DNA of 64,000 bases from positions 8,618,001 through 8,682,000 of the forward strand of contig OZ241829.1 of the NCBI GenBank assembly GCA_965202585.1, in the 5' to 3' direction. Shown in pieces: positions 1-9,929 of this stretch. The DNA comes from Thalia democratica (taxonomy: Eukaryota). Positions within the stretch are counted from its first letter, which is position 1; every line of letters starts with the position of its first letter. Below the pieces are notes generated by a model. It was not told the origin of the DNA and made no database searches. It was given only the letters and a program-made list of their open reading frames with translations. Position numbers and translations under genes: made by a program.

Positions 1-408
1 GTCATCGTTCAGCCAATCAGGCGGCTTCATTTGCTGCTTTGTCTTCTCCATCTCCTTTTGCACGTCGTCAAACACCAAATTGGATTTTGCTGATTTTTTG
101 TTGGTATTAATGACATAATCAACTTTTGGGTCTTTTTCCACTGATTTAATAGTTTTCTTAACACCCTTATTAGTATTTTTCTTGCCTGGAGGTGCACTTC
201 CAAACAGAAAGCCTTTTTTGAAACCTCCAAAGTCTTTCTTCTGCTTGGGCTTTGCAGGTTTAACATCTTCTTTTATTTCAGTTATTGTTGCACTTTCTTC
301 ATGTGAAGCTTGGTGGAGTTTTTCATGATTGTAGAACTTTATGTTTCTTACTTTTTCCACCATCTCTGACATATCTTCTAAAGGTGGAATGTCATCGAAA
401 TCATCCAT
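1..408 (-). CDS. 5' part (136 codons, runs off window) of an uncharacterised Lys-rich protein, possibly a co-chaperone-like/STI1-type protein
   Basis: Stop-free frame from ATG at 408 to base 1: MDDFDDIPPLEDMSEMVEKVRNIKF...KDFGGFKKGFLFGSAPPGKK...NLVFDDVQKEMEKTKQQMKPPDWLNDD. Absent from the ORF track, presumably because it is truncated by the edge. The CDS call is solid; the family call is recollection and inference only. Confidence 0.75.
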   Translation of the reverse strand, partial: MDDFDDIPPLEDMSEMVEKVRNIKFYNHEKLHQASHEESATITEIKEDVKPAKPKQKKDFGGFKKGFLFGSAPPGKKNTNKGVKKTIKSVEKDPKVDYVINTNKKSAKSNLVFDDVQKEMEKTKQQMKPPDWLNDD

Positions 409-1081
409 TGCTATTGTTTACTGTTGCTATAATATACCACTGTCTATAGATATTTTGGTTTATTATTTAGAAAAGTTGTAAGTAAAATTAAATTCAATAG
501 CAACTTTTTGTTTTAAAAATATTTGAAGTTTGTTATTATTCGCTCAAAATAATCTAAAAAAAAAATTTAAATTTGTTGTAGAGAAGATTTTGAAATTTTA
601 TTTAATATAATGTAGCTTAAAAACGAACTGATTTAGTATTAATTGTTTCACATTATTTAAAAATTTGTAAACAAAAAATACAAAACTGTAAATTGTAAAT
701 TTGCAATCTACATATAGTTTTAAAAGATTCTTGTAACTTTTACATTGAAATTTTTCAAAAGTACTCTAATACTTACACTTACAAAAACTATTTATTACAG
801 GTATTTAGTAAACAGCCTAATTTAAAGGATATGGCTAAAATTGAGAATAACAGTTGTAAAAAATTACAAAGGGTATTTCTTATTTCAAGTTTAATATAAA
901 TTATCAAACTTTATAAACAAAAGAATTTATTTAGAATTTTTTTGTGAAAAGAGTAAATCAGTGAATAAAGTAATCTTTTAAAATACCAGGTATTGTGCAT
1001 ATTAAATTGTCTTTTAAACTACTTAATTTTTTTTTTTAATTGACAAAATTTAAAACATCAAGTGTCTGACAGAAAGAGAAT

Positions 1082-1739
1082 TTAAGGGCATTTTTTTACA
1101 ATATTCAACACTGGCTCTAATGTGAAACCATAAAGTGTAAACTACAAGTAGGTTTTCATAGAATACAAACATTTTAGTTATTTTAAAAGATTTATAAATC
1201 TTTCAATAGTGTCCAATACAAACGTATGGACCACAAACTTTTCAGAGTATATGTTCTTAAAGTTTAAAAATTCACTAAAACTCTATCTTCTCCTTAATTT
1301 TTTGAGCTAGAGACCTTAAATTTTTAGGAAACACTCATTTTATAATTTAAAAAACTTCTAATGTTAGGTCTTAAAAAAAGTTGAAAAATAAAAGTTTTAG
1401 ATAAAAAAAAGAAAATATTAATGTATTTCTCTATAATAACAATTTTATTTATCAAAATTAAAAGAACTCCTTCATAAAACCCATTTAAATATTAATAATG
1501 GACCTAATGTGAAAATTTGAAGAAGATTGGTTAAAAATAAGGATATATCTTAATTATATATCTTTTTATTCCTGATTTTAGTGTGTGCCTTCTATTAGGA
1601 ATCTGTTGGGGTCACAGCCTATCAACGCCTATCTTGAAAGTTACTTTAAATTTTGTTAAGCAATGTCTGATAGCTCAGATTAAACTCTATAAAAAAATAT
1701 CATTTTGTAAAAATCAAGTTTTACCCCCTATGCCCTTAA
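1082..1739. mobile_element. Possible degenerate non-autonomous DNA transposon (MITE) flanked by TTAA
   Basis: TTAA-GGGCAT at 1082-1091 and ATGCCC-TTAA at 1730-1739 form short inverted termini with TTAA on both sides. No ORF inside. The TIR is short and no second copy is present in the window. Confidence 0.35.
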
Positions 1740-4700
1740 AATATAATTATGCATAATATAAACTTTAATATTAAAGTGGTACTACTTGTTTGAACTCTTG
1801 GTTAATAAATTAATTTTATTAAAAAGTTAAATGCTTGTGTGTTTATAAGTTATGATATATTTTCAGAATCTTAAACAAAAGGATTGCAATTTGTAAAAAG
1901 TGACTTTATAGTGACTAACAACTTGAATTTTTAAAAGGGTTTCCAAAAAGTTTTAATTTTATATAGTTGTAGGTTTTTCCAAACTAAATTTTAATATTTA
2001 TTTAACTTTATAATAACAAAACATGTACAATAATTAAGTTATACTTTACAAAGTTCACTTTAGCATTAGTTATAATAGATTTTTAAATTTCAATTATCAA
2101 AGAATTTAAATTTTTCATAAAATTTTTTTATAAAAACTGTACCATTAAGTTTCAACAGTATATATTTTAAATACTGATGCAAACATTTACAAAATAGAAA
2201 AAAAACATCTAAATGGCTTGTCACATTTTAGAATAAGTTTTGATTTACTAAACGCATCATTTTTTGAAAACTAAAAACAAAACTGAGACAGCCTATAGGA
2301 GTTACCACCATACCATATTACATTTAGCTAAATAAATATTTCTTTTAATTTAATATCACAACACTTTTAGCCTACAGCATATTTTTAAGCTATGAAAATG
2401 TTGACCATTCAGGAGTTAGTCTTGTATTTTACGAGATGAATGATTTTATTTTATTAAAAATCTGAGTATACCACCTCAAAAACTTTTTAGTGAAATTTTC
2501 ATTTTCATACAAATAAACTCTGAGAAATTGCAGTGGTCAAGATGTTTAATTTGGAAGCTTTTACATTTTTTTAATTTTCAATTTCCTTATTTTCAAATAT
2601 AACTTATATTTCAAACTACTATAAAAACTAATTAACCTTTTATAAAAAATCAGTTTATGTAACAATATGTTTATTTTATTGGTTTAAGTCTAAAATAACA
2701 AAATTTTTAAAATAAACAAATGAATTCAAAAAAAATCTAGTTCAGTTTTTTCTTTTGTAAATGAGAGCAAAAACTATTTTGGTAAGTAAAAGATGGTAAG
2801 TTAACTAAACATTACAAACTTTACAATTAAAGGTTTAAGGTGTGGCTTCAACGCATTAAAATTCTCATAGATTAAAACTGCAAGGTCAAGATCCATAGGT
2901 TTACACACAAACAAGAAAAAAAAATTGAAAGACATATATAATACTTGAATCAACTTTTTGTAACAGTTTTCACTGAAGCAAAATGCTATTATTATTATAT
3001 TATTCAACTTGTTGTTTATTAGAACTGCTTTAATTTTTTTATCAATAACATTTATTTTTCTTATTATTAGATTTAAAACTATGAAGATATTTTTGTGCAA
3101 AGTAATTGTATTTGCTTTAATTTGTCACTTTTAAAGCATTTTTTATTTCACTTTATCATTTTTCACTCAAAAACTCCTTTTATTGAAATAAATTATTGAT
3201 AGCAGTACCTTAAATATTTCATAATTAATATGTAAAATTTCTTGAATGTTTAGTGAAAGTATTATATAACAGAGATTTTTGAGAAATTTGTTCCAGTTCT
3301 CTGAATTTCTTGTAGGTTTTTGAAAGTACATGTTAATGTATCTAATTTTAGTTGAATGTTAAGTTTAAAATTTAAAACTGTGTTAAGTAGTTTAACAAAA
3401 TTGAAAAGATACTGTAAAACTACTTCAATGGGCTTTTTAATAAAAAAATTGATGATGACGAAATATAATATATATAATATTTTATTTGTGTCAAATCAAA
3501 ATTTTACTACTTAATTTGTAAATATTTTTGCAGAAAATCATATTGAGAATTAATTATATTTAAAATTAAAATTCTTACTGAATCAATTGTTAATACTTTA
3601 TAAGTTAATAGTTACTGATAAGCTTTTAGAATTTAAACTATCTTTTTCATCTAAGTTCTTAACATTTTATCTTGTATGCAATATTTGAATTGTGCAGTTT
3701 TTTAATGGTTTTACTCTGTAACTTCTTTTTTTACCATGTAAGATGTTAATTTAGTTCAGTTGAATGAAAACAAACTGCAAAATTTAATAAAAAAATATTA
3801 GTATGAAAAACTCAGTCATGCATAAAAGTATTTTCAATTCTTAGCTGAAGCATCTTAACAACATTTCCAATAAAAAGTAAATTTGGCTAGCACTTTAAAA
3901 ATCAAGAGCAGGGCAAAGCTTTAAAATTTGTTCTATTTTGAAGTTTATAAGTAATCAAAGTAACAACAAAACTTTTAATTTTCAACGAGTAATTTTTAGT
4001 TTACAAACATTTAACTGACAGATAAATTCTTCTTAACAGTGTTCAAATTTTCTAAAACTTTATTACTTTTTTATTAAAAAAAAATAACTGCAAGTGTTTT
4101 ATTCATCAAAAATCTTTAGATTTATTAACTTTTAACAAAACATCTATTTTTATTTAAATATTTTTGTAGTTTAAAGAATTTTATAAGTTTTTACACGTTT
4201 TTTCTAAGAATATTTTTATTTTCTTTACCTGAAATTAAGTAAAATCAAAAAAATTTCATAATCTTTGTTTAACTTAATATATTACATAGCATAGTTTTTT
4301 TATTGAAAAACGCATGTAGCATCTTTCAAACTGTATGTTTTAGATATTTACTTATTTTCTTTCTTCCTTTGGTTCTTTCTAATTTTTAGTCCATTCGGTA
4401 CTGCTAAATAATAGATGGATAAGTTTAAATTCATGAAATAATAATAAGAAAGTTTTTATTAAAATGTAATATGTCTTTATAATTGTTTTAGCATTAAAAT
4501 TTAGTAAAGCTGTAATAATAATTTTAGTTTAAACCTTATTAGTAAATATACCTTTTTAGGACTTTGCTGTTACATAAATGACATCTTGTTAATTAAACTT
4601 TTAAGCAATGTATTATTTTGTAGCTTAAAAAACAATTGTGCTTTTTTTAGGTATTACTAATAAAAACAAACCAGCTTTCAAAACAAGCTAAGCATCAAAA

Positions 4701-4994
4701 TGCCTTATTTTATCCAAGAACTTTTCGACATTTTTTTTTCAATTAGCCTGTAAAAAAATTCTTTTCAAATGCTTAAATAAATAAATAAAATTAATGTACA
4801 AAAATCAAACCTTTTTTTCTTTGTAGTTTTCTACATTGTGTTAAACGTGTTTCTTTTCTATTATTCTTTTCTTTGTTGATTAATTGAAGATCCGTAATCA
4901 AACACACTCACAGTCACACAAACAAGTTAGTAGTTTTATTTTAATAAAGCTTAGTTTTAATTATGTATATAAATTATATAATATAACAAAATAC

Positions 4995-5071
4995 CTGTAC
5001 ATTCGCACTTGCAGAAAAACCTTGCTGACCAGACTCTAGTAAAAATTTTGTTTCATTTTGATTGCTGCTAC
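4995..5071 (-). CDS. Integrin alpha-like exon 10 (start of blade 2)
   Basis: GSSNQNETKFLLESGQQGFSASANVQ; resembles the F..E.SQ.GFS motif that follows integrin I-domains. Confidence 0.85.
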
Positions 5072-8000
5072 CTTAAATGTTTAAGTATTTGCACAAAAGA
5101 ACTAACAGAAACTATGAAAATTACTCATATGACTGGTTTTTTTTAAACTGTCTAACCTTCAAGACTTATTTCAAATAAGGAGCTGGATAGAGAGTTTGCA
5201 ATTGCATCCAAGCCGTCAAAACTGTCAACTGAGTAAACTCGTTCTTCAACATTTGCTGCTAATAACTGAAAAATTTTATAATTTAACTAAAACAGTTGCT
5301 TTATATATTGAAGTCAAAAATAAGTTGTTGTCAAAATAATTATCTAGCTTAATAATGTTTAAGTAGTGGTGTGTAGCCCGATGAATTAATAGTATTTTCA
5401 AAAGGTCCATTATCTATTTTTATGAACGTCATTTTAATTTTTTGAAGTCAGAATGCTTATTTTGTTTAATCTATGTATAAAAAGGGTTGTTTCAAGTTAT
5501 TAACCTTCAGTTCATTCTGCTTGATCTTCTTGCCCACTCCGACAGAGTACATGACGACTCCTGACTCCTCCAAAGACATCTGAGCTCTCTTCAGCCTCCC
5601 GTGTATGTTGTCTGATGAACTAAATAGAATTTATTAACTATTTATATTAAGTTTTTTTTAATATTTTAAAGTAAAATAAATAATTAACTCACGGCAAAAC
5701 GGATTTTCAAGTTGTAAACCTTATTTAAGTAAAATGTTTAATAGTAGTACTTCCTTATATTATATATTTAAAACTAACTCTCCATGAGTCAATATGATAT
5801 GAGTTTGATCCATTTTATGCTTTATAAGTTATGTCGCATATTCTATATACCAAACTTTTGTTATTTTAAGAAACACAATTACACTGTTTAACTGTATAGC
5901 AGATTTTCAAAATGTAAACCTTACTAAAATAGAATGTTTTATAGTAAAACGTTTTTATATTATATATTTAAAACTAACTCTCCATCAGTCAGTGTGATGA
6001 GTATTTGATTGGTCTTGCCGTCGTTATGCTTGGGTGAATTCTTGAAAACTTTCAAACTTCTCTCAAGTCCCTCGCACGTCGGAGTCAGACCGCTCGGGTA
6101 AGCGATCCTATTGGCTGATTTCTGGATAAAAAAGGATAAGAAAATTAAATTAATGAAGGATGCAGTTTTAGCGTTATATAGAATCGTTGCACACACTGTT
6201 ATCATTAGTTTGTTAGCGATGTTCGAACTAAGCATCAAAGTTTAAGCATTTATTAATAGAAGCATAAAAAAAAAACTCATTAAAAATTTATAGAACAAAA
6301 CTTCTACAAGGTCTTAGGTTATTTTTGCAAAGTTATCTCGGATAAGTATAAAATATTTAATAATAATGATAAAGTTTTTAGATTGTATTAAAAATTAGTA
6401 ACAAAAAAAACTTGACTGATAAGCAAGTATATAAGTTTACAGTTAGAAAGATGTTTTGTGTGAAAGCTAAAGATGAACGACTAAAAATAACTAAAAAAAA
6501 AGTTTATAAGTTTACAGATAAAAATATGTTTTAAATGAAAGATAATTTTTATTAAAACATCTCACCACAAAGTCGTCATAGCTCCGCAGTTCTTTTAGTT
6601 TAATCTCAACCCGAACGTATTTGCTGTAAAAAACACTTTAGTAGTTAGTACTTAGTAAGCTTGTGCGTCATTTTATGAGTATTTAAAAAAAACTACTAGA
6701 TTGTGAATAAAAATCAAGTTTTTGAAAACTTCATCGTTTTATACATTTGTAAAAAGTGGTAAGTCGTTGTATTTAAACCATTATTTAATTTATGTACTAA
6801 ATTAGCACACGCGTGGTTTTATGAATATTAAAAAAGGATTTTAAGTACAAAATCATGTTTTAGAAAGTTTTATCGTCTTTTATACTTTTGTGAGAAATAG
6901 TAATGGTCAGTGTTTAAACTATAAAGAATCATTAAGTATAAAACACTGGTTTTAATTGTTACCAACCTGAAAATGATAACTCCGACTTGTAGAACAAAGT
7001 CTTGAGAGTGGAATATCTTCACAAGAACGTTGACCCAGTTTAATATTTTCACAAAATTTTTCTTCGTTACCGATCCTGAGCCGTCCAATAGAAAGACCAG
7101 GTCGATGTGAGGCGCAGTGGTTGGACAAGCTATAAAAATTAAATGTTTAAAAAAATGAAAATAATAATAATGTAATGTAAACTGTTGACTTCTAATAAAC
7201 ACAATATAATTATACTAATTGTTTTAATTTCTGAAGTTTTTTACACGTAAAATACAATATACATTCAGCTAACACTAAGTAAAACGACGATAAACTTTGA
7301 AATGATAGAATGAGGTTTTCATACAGAATTCTCAAAATAAAACTTATTAGTTATTAACTGACTGTATATTTCATATTGTTCAAAAAAAGTGTAAAATGCT
7401 TTTCAGATGTATTGTTTATTAGTGCACTGAAATATAAACCGTTTACAAAATAGTTTATGTCTCGCTCTTTCTAAGTTTAGCATAAAGCAGTGAAGTTTTA
7501 ACCATTTTTTTGCTGTTTTAATTTAACTGTCAACCCTGTTCTGAAACGAAATAATTTTATTAGTTAAACATGAAAGGTATTTGGCATCCTCATAATATTT
7601 TGTGTTACTTAATTAAATTAATCATACCAGAACTCATGAGTAGTATTTTGTATCGTGATACTATTTTGTATCATTTAATTAAACAGTATAAATCTTACTA
7701 GGATTGATCAAGGGTATTTGGTATCCTTGTATTATTTTGTATTATATAGTTAAATTTCGCCAGGATTCATCAAAGGTATTTGGTATTCTTGTATTATTTT
7801 GTATTATATAGTTAAATTTTGCCAGGATTCATCAAAGGTATTTGGTATTCTTGTATTATTTTGTACCATTTAATTAAATCTTACCAGGATTCATCAAAGG
7901 TATTTGGTATCCTTGTATTATTTTGTATTATTTAATTAAGTCTTACCAGGATTCATCAAAGGTATTTGGTATTCTTGTATTATTTTGTATTATTTAATTA

Positions 8001-9929
8001 AATCTTACCAGGATTCATCAAAGGTATTTGGTATCCTTGTATTATTTAATTAAATCTTACCAGGATTCATCAAAGGTATTTGGTATCCTTGTATTATTTT
8101 GTAGCACTTTCCTGGAGTGAACACTTCCCCACTTTCGTTGTAGCAATTCTGAACAGTTGATGGTGAACATGCCTACAAAATATGTTGTATTTATCTTAGT
8201 TAATAAACAGTTTTTTTTTTATCAAGCAACATTGTAAATTTTAGAAAATAAAACTATCGTAAAATTTACGGAAATTTGTTTCAACATAATACACTTATAC
8301 TATTATGCGTCATAATCAAAAGTGTTTTCTTATTTTTCAACTTCTAATTTAATACTTCATTTTTGTATCCAGCTTCTAAGCAAAAAAGCAATAAGTATAT
8401 GGTAGTTCTTCATTGATTATTTTTAATTAAGCGACAAAATAATGTTTAGTCCTTAGACCTGGTGTACGAAAAAACCTTTCGGTTATCGAGTCGCACACCA
8501 CGGATACCTTTAAATGTTTTAAAATATTTCTTAAGCTGTAATGCGTATAATAGATAATGTAAATGATAAATCAATTAACATTATTTTTACTTGAAGTATA
8601 ATTTTAAATTAAACTGAAGTAAAAGTGATTATAGTGGTTAAACAAATTTGACTGCCCTAAATCATTCTTATTTAAATAAACAAAGTATAGTTTTACGAAC
8701 AACAAAAATTAGTTTGGATCCATTTGTACAAATCGCGCATTAAAACTTACAACTTAAATTTTAAAACTTTTTTCTAAGCAAATGAAGGTATCACGTATAT
8801 AATTTGAAATCGTGCACACTTGAGTTCAACTGTTGTTTTATCCAGAATTAAAACGTTATTTTTTTAGTGTTTGTGTTTTTTAAAAACAAAATAGATAATA
8901 AAAGTATATAAACTAACATAAGGTGCTGATTGTATTTTAAAAATACTTTCGTTTAGTTTGACACACTTGAGTTAAAATATAAACGTTTAAAATTAATATA
9001 CAAAACTTAAAACAAATAAATCCATATTTAGACACACTACAAAGTTATAAAAAAAAGTTGTATATGATTTGAAATAAAAATTAAAAAAGTAATCAAGTAC
9101 TTATAGATAGAAAATAGTGTACAAACATACATCAAAAATTTAAAAATTGCAAAAAAATATTTTGTTGCAACTAAACTTGTCAGACATAAAAGAAAAACTC
9201 TATAACTTTTAGCATTAAATAACGATAGTTTGTAATTTTTATATAAATAGCGTACTTACCAAAAGCACGTTGTTTGCTAAAGTGTGAACGTTCTCAGCTT
9301 CCGGTAACCCGTCAGACCTGAGGCTGGATTCCATTCCTGTACATCTGACATTTTCCTCGCTTGCGTGTTGTGGTACTGGACATTGCAGAAGTGGTCTGGT
9401 TGAGTCATTACCTGAACAAGTAAAATGTTAAATAAAACTAGAAATGAACGAAGCAAGTTAAAATATAAGAGTGGTATTTGCCAAAATATCGCATTAAGAA
9501 ACTTAAACACAAAAGAAAAACAATTTTTTGTACTTTCTAAACTTATCATTATTCAAATTTAAGTTATTTAAAAGACGATGCGTTTTATTTAATGCCACAA
9601 AGTATCAGGTAAGCTACTTTTTTTTTAATAACTTACTTTTTGTTTCATTGAGTGATGTATATACTGACATTGTTGAAGCAATAGTGTAACTGAAAAATAA
9701 ATAGCATTATTTCAAAAGAACAAAAAAACACAAAAATACATTCATTTTGAAAAAAAAGTAAAACTCACGAATACAAATCATCCTTTTTAAAGGTGAATGA
9801 CTGACCAAAGTTGCCACGTGTTTCTCCATTGTACTGAAAAGGTTGTAGAAGAGATTTTGAATCCAACGCTATATTGTAACTTTTTGTTGATTTAAAGGTG
9901 CATAAAATCATTATGATTGTTAAAAACAT
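4995..9929 (-). CDS. Integrin alpha-like protein with I (VWA) domain, apparently C-terminally truncated (10 exons, 381 codons identified)
   Basis: Exons: 9929-9769, 9689-9637, 9411-9260, 8172-8061, 7129-6967, 6623-6566, 6121-5979, 5619-5505, 5265-5157, 5071-4995; all GT-AG with matching phases. Translation shows signal peptide MFLTIIMILCTFKSTKS, then YNIALD..GNFGQS, LLQCP..C, ACSP..C..GKCY, then CP..IDLVFLLDGSGS..GLTPT..LITLTDGD..YSVGVG..SLEG, then F.LESGQQGFSA. These are hallmark integrin-alpha blade-1, I-domain and blade-2 motifs. Confidence 0.9.
5157..5265 (-). CDS. Integrin alpha-like exon 9 (I-domain end)
   Basis: LLAANVEERVYSVDSFDGLDAIANSLSSSLFEISLEG; ends in SLEG as integrin alpha I-domains typically do. 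Confidence 0.9.
5505..5619 (-). CDS. Integrin alpha-like exon 8
   Basis: DSSDNIHGRLKRAQMSLEESGVVMYSVGVGKKIKQNELK. Confidence 0.9.
5702..6011. repeat. Degenerate direct repeat (200-bp offset) copying the 3' end and donor of integrin exon 7
   Basis: TATATATTTAAAACTAACTCTCCAT is identical at 5761-5785 and 5961-5985; flanks align from GATTTTCAA at 5702 and 5902. Confidence 0.85.
5979..6121 (-). CDS. Integrin alpha-like exon 7 (MIDAS T and D)
   Basis: KSANRIAYPSGLTPTCEGLERSLKVFKNSPKHNDGKTNQILITLTDG; overlaps ORF-track 5960..6238. Confidence 0.9.
6566..6623 (-). CDS. Integrin alpha-like exon 6
   Basis: SKYVRVEIKLKELRSYDDFV; tttacag acceptor, gtgag donor. Confidence 0.85.
6967..7129 (-). CDS. Integrin alpha-like exon 5 (I-domain start, MIDAS DxSxS)
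   Basis: CPTTAPHIDLVFLLDGSGSVTKKNFVKILNWVNVLVKIFHSQDFVLQVGVIIF; overlaps ORF-track 6870..7202. Confidence 0.92.
7570..8103. repeat. Minisatellite, ~62-bp unit, ~9 units, built from the exon 4/intron 4 junction of the integrin gene
   Basis: Unit approx. TTAATTAAATCTTACCAGGATTCATCAAAGGTATTTGGTATCCTTGTATTATTTTGTATTAT. Near-perfect copies put CATCAAAGG at 7768, 7830, 7892, 7954, 8016 and 8068; copies toward 7570 are decayed. Confidence 0.95.
8061..8172 (-). CDS. Integrin alpha-like exon 4
   Basis: ACSPSTVQNCYNESGEVFTPGKCYKIIQGYQIPLMNP; ttttgtag acceptor, gtaaga donor. Confidence 0.85.
8460..8500. repeat. 41-bp palindromic dispersed element, copy 1
   Basis: TGGTGTACGAAAAAACCTTTCGGTTATCGAGTCGCACACCA; 35/41 identical to 21930-21970. 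Confidence 0.8.
9260..9411 (-). CDS. Integrin alpha-like exon 3
   Basis: SNDSTRPLLQCPVPQHASEENVRCTGMESSLRSDGLPEAENVHTLANNVLL; donor gtaagt. Confidence 0.8.
9637..9689 (-). CDS. Integrin alpha-like exon 2
   Basis: tttttcag acceptor, gtaagt donor; 53 nt bridges phase 2 to phase 1 (SYTIASTMSVYTSLNETK). Confidence 0.75.
9769..9929 (-). CDS. Integrin alpha-like exon 1 (signal peptide and start of blade 1)
   Basis: MFLTIIMILCTFKSTKS-YNIALDSKSLLQPFQYNGETRGNFGQSFTFKKDDLY; donor gtgagt. Confidence 0.85.

Noticed and set aside
2801-3100. 99-aa ORF and similar I/K/F/L/N-rich ORFs in the track (e.g. 46112, 51679, 35258, 44103)
   Set aside because: Composition is that of random AT-rich DNA; no domain motifs or phase-compatible splice partners.
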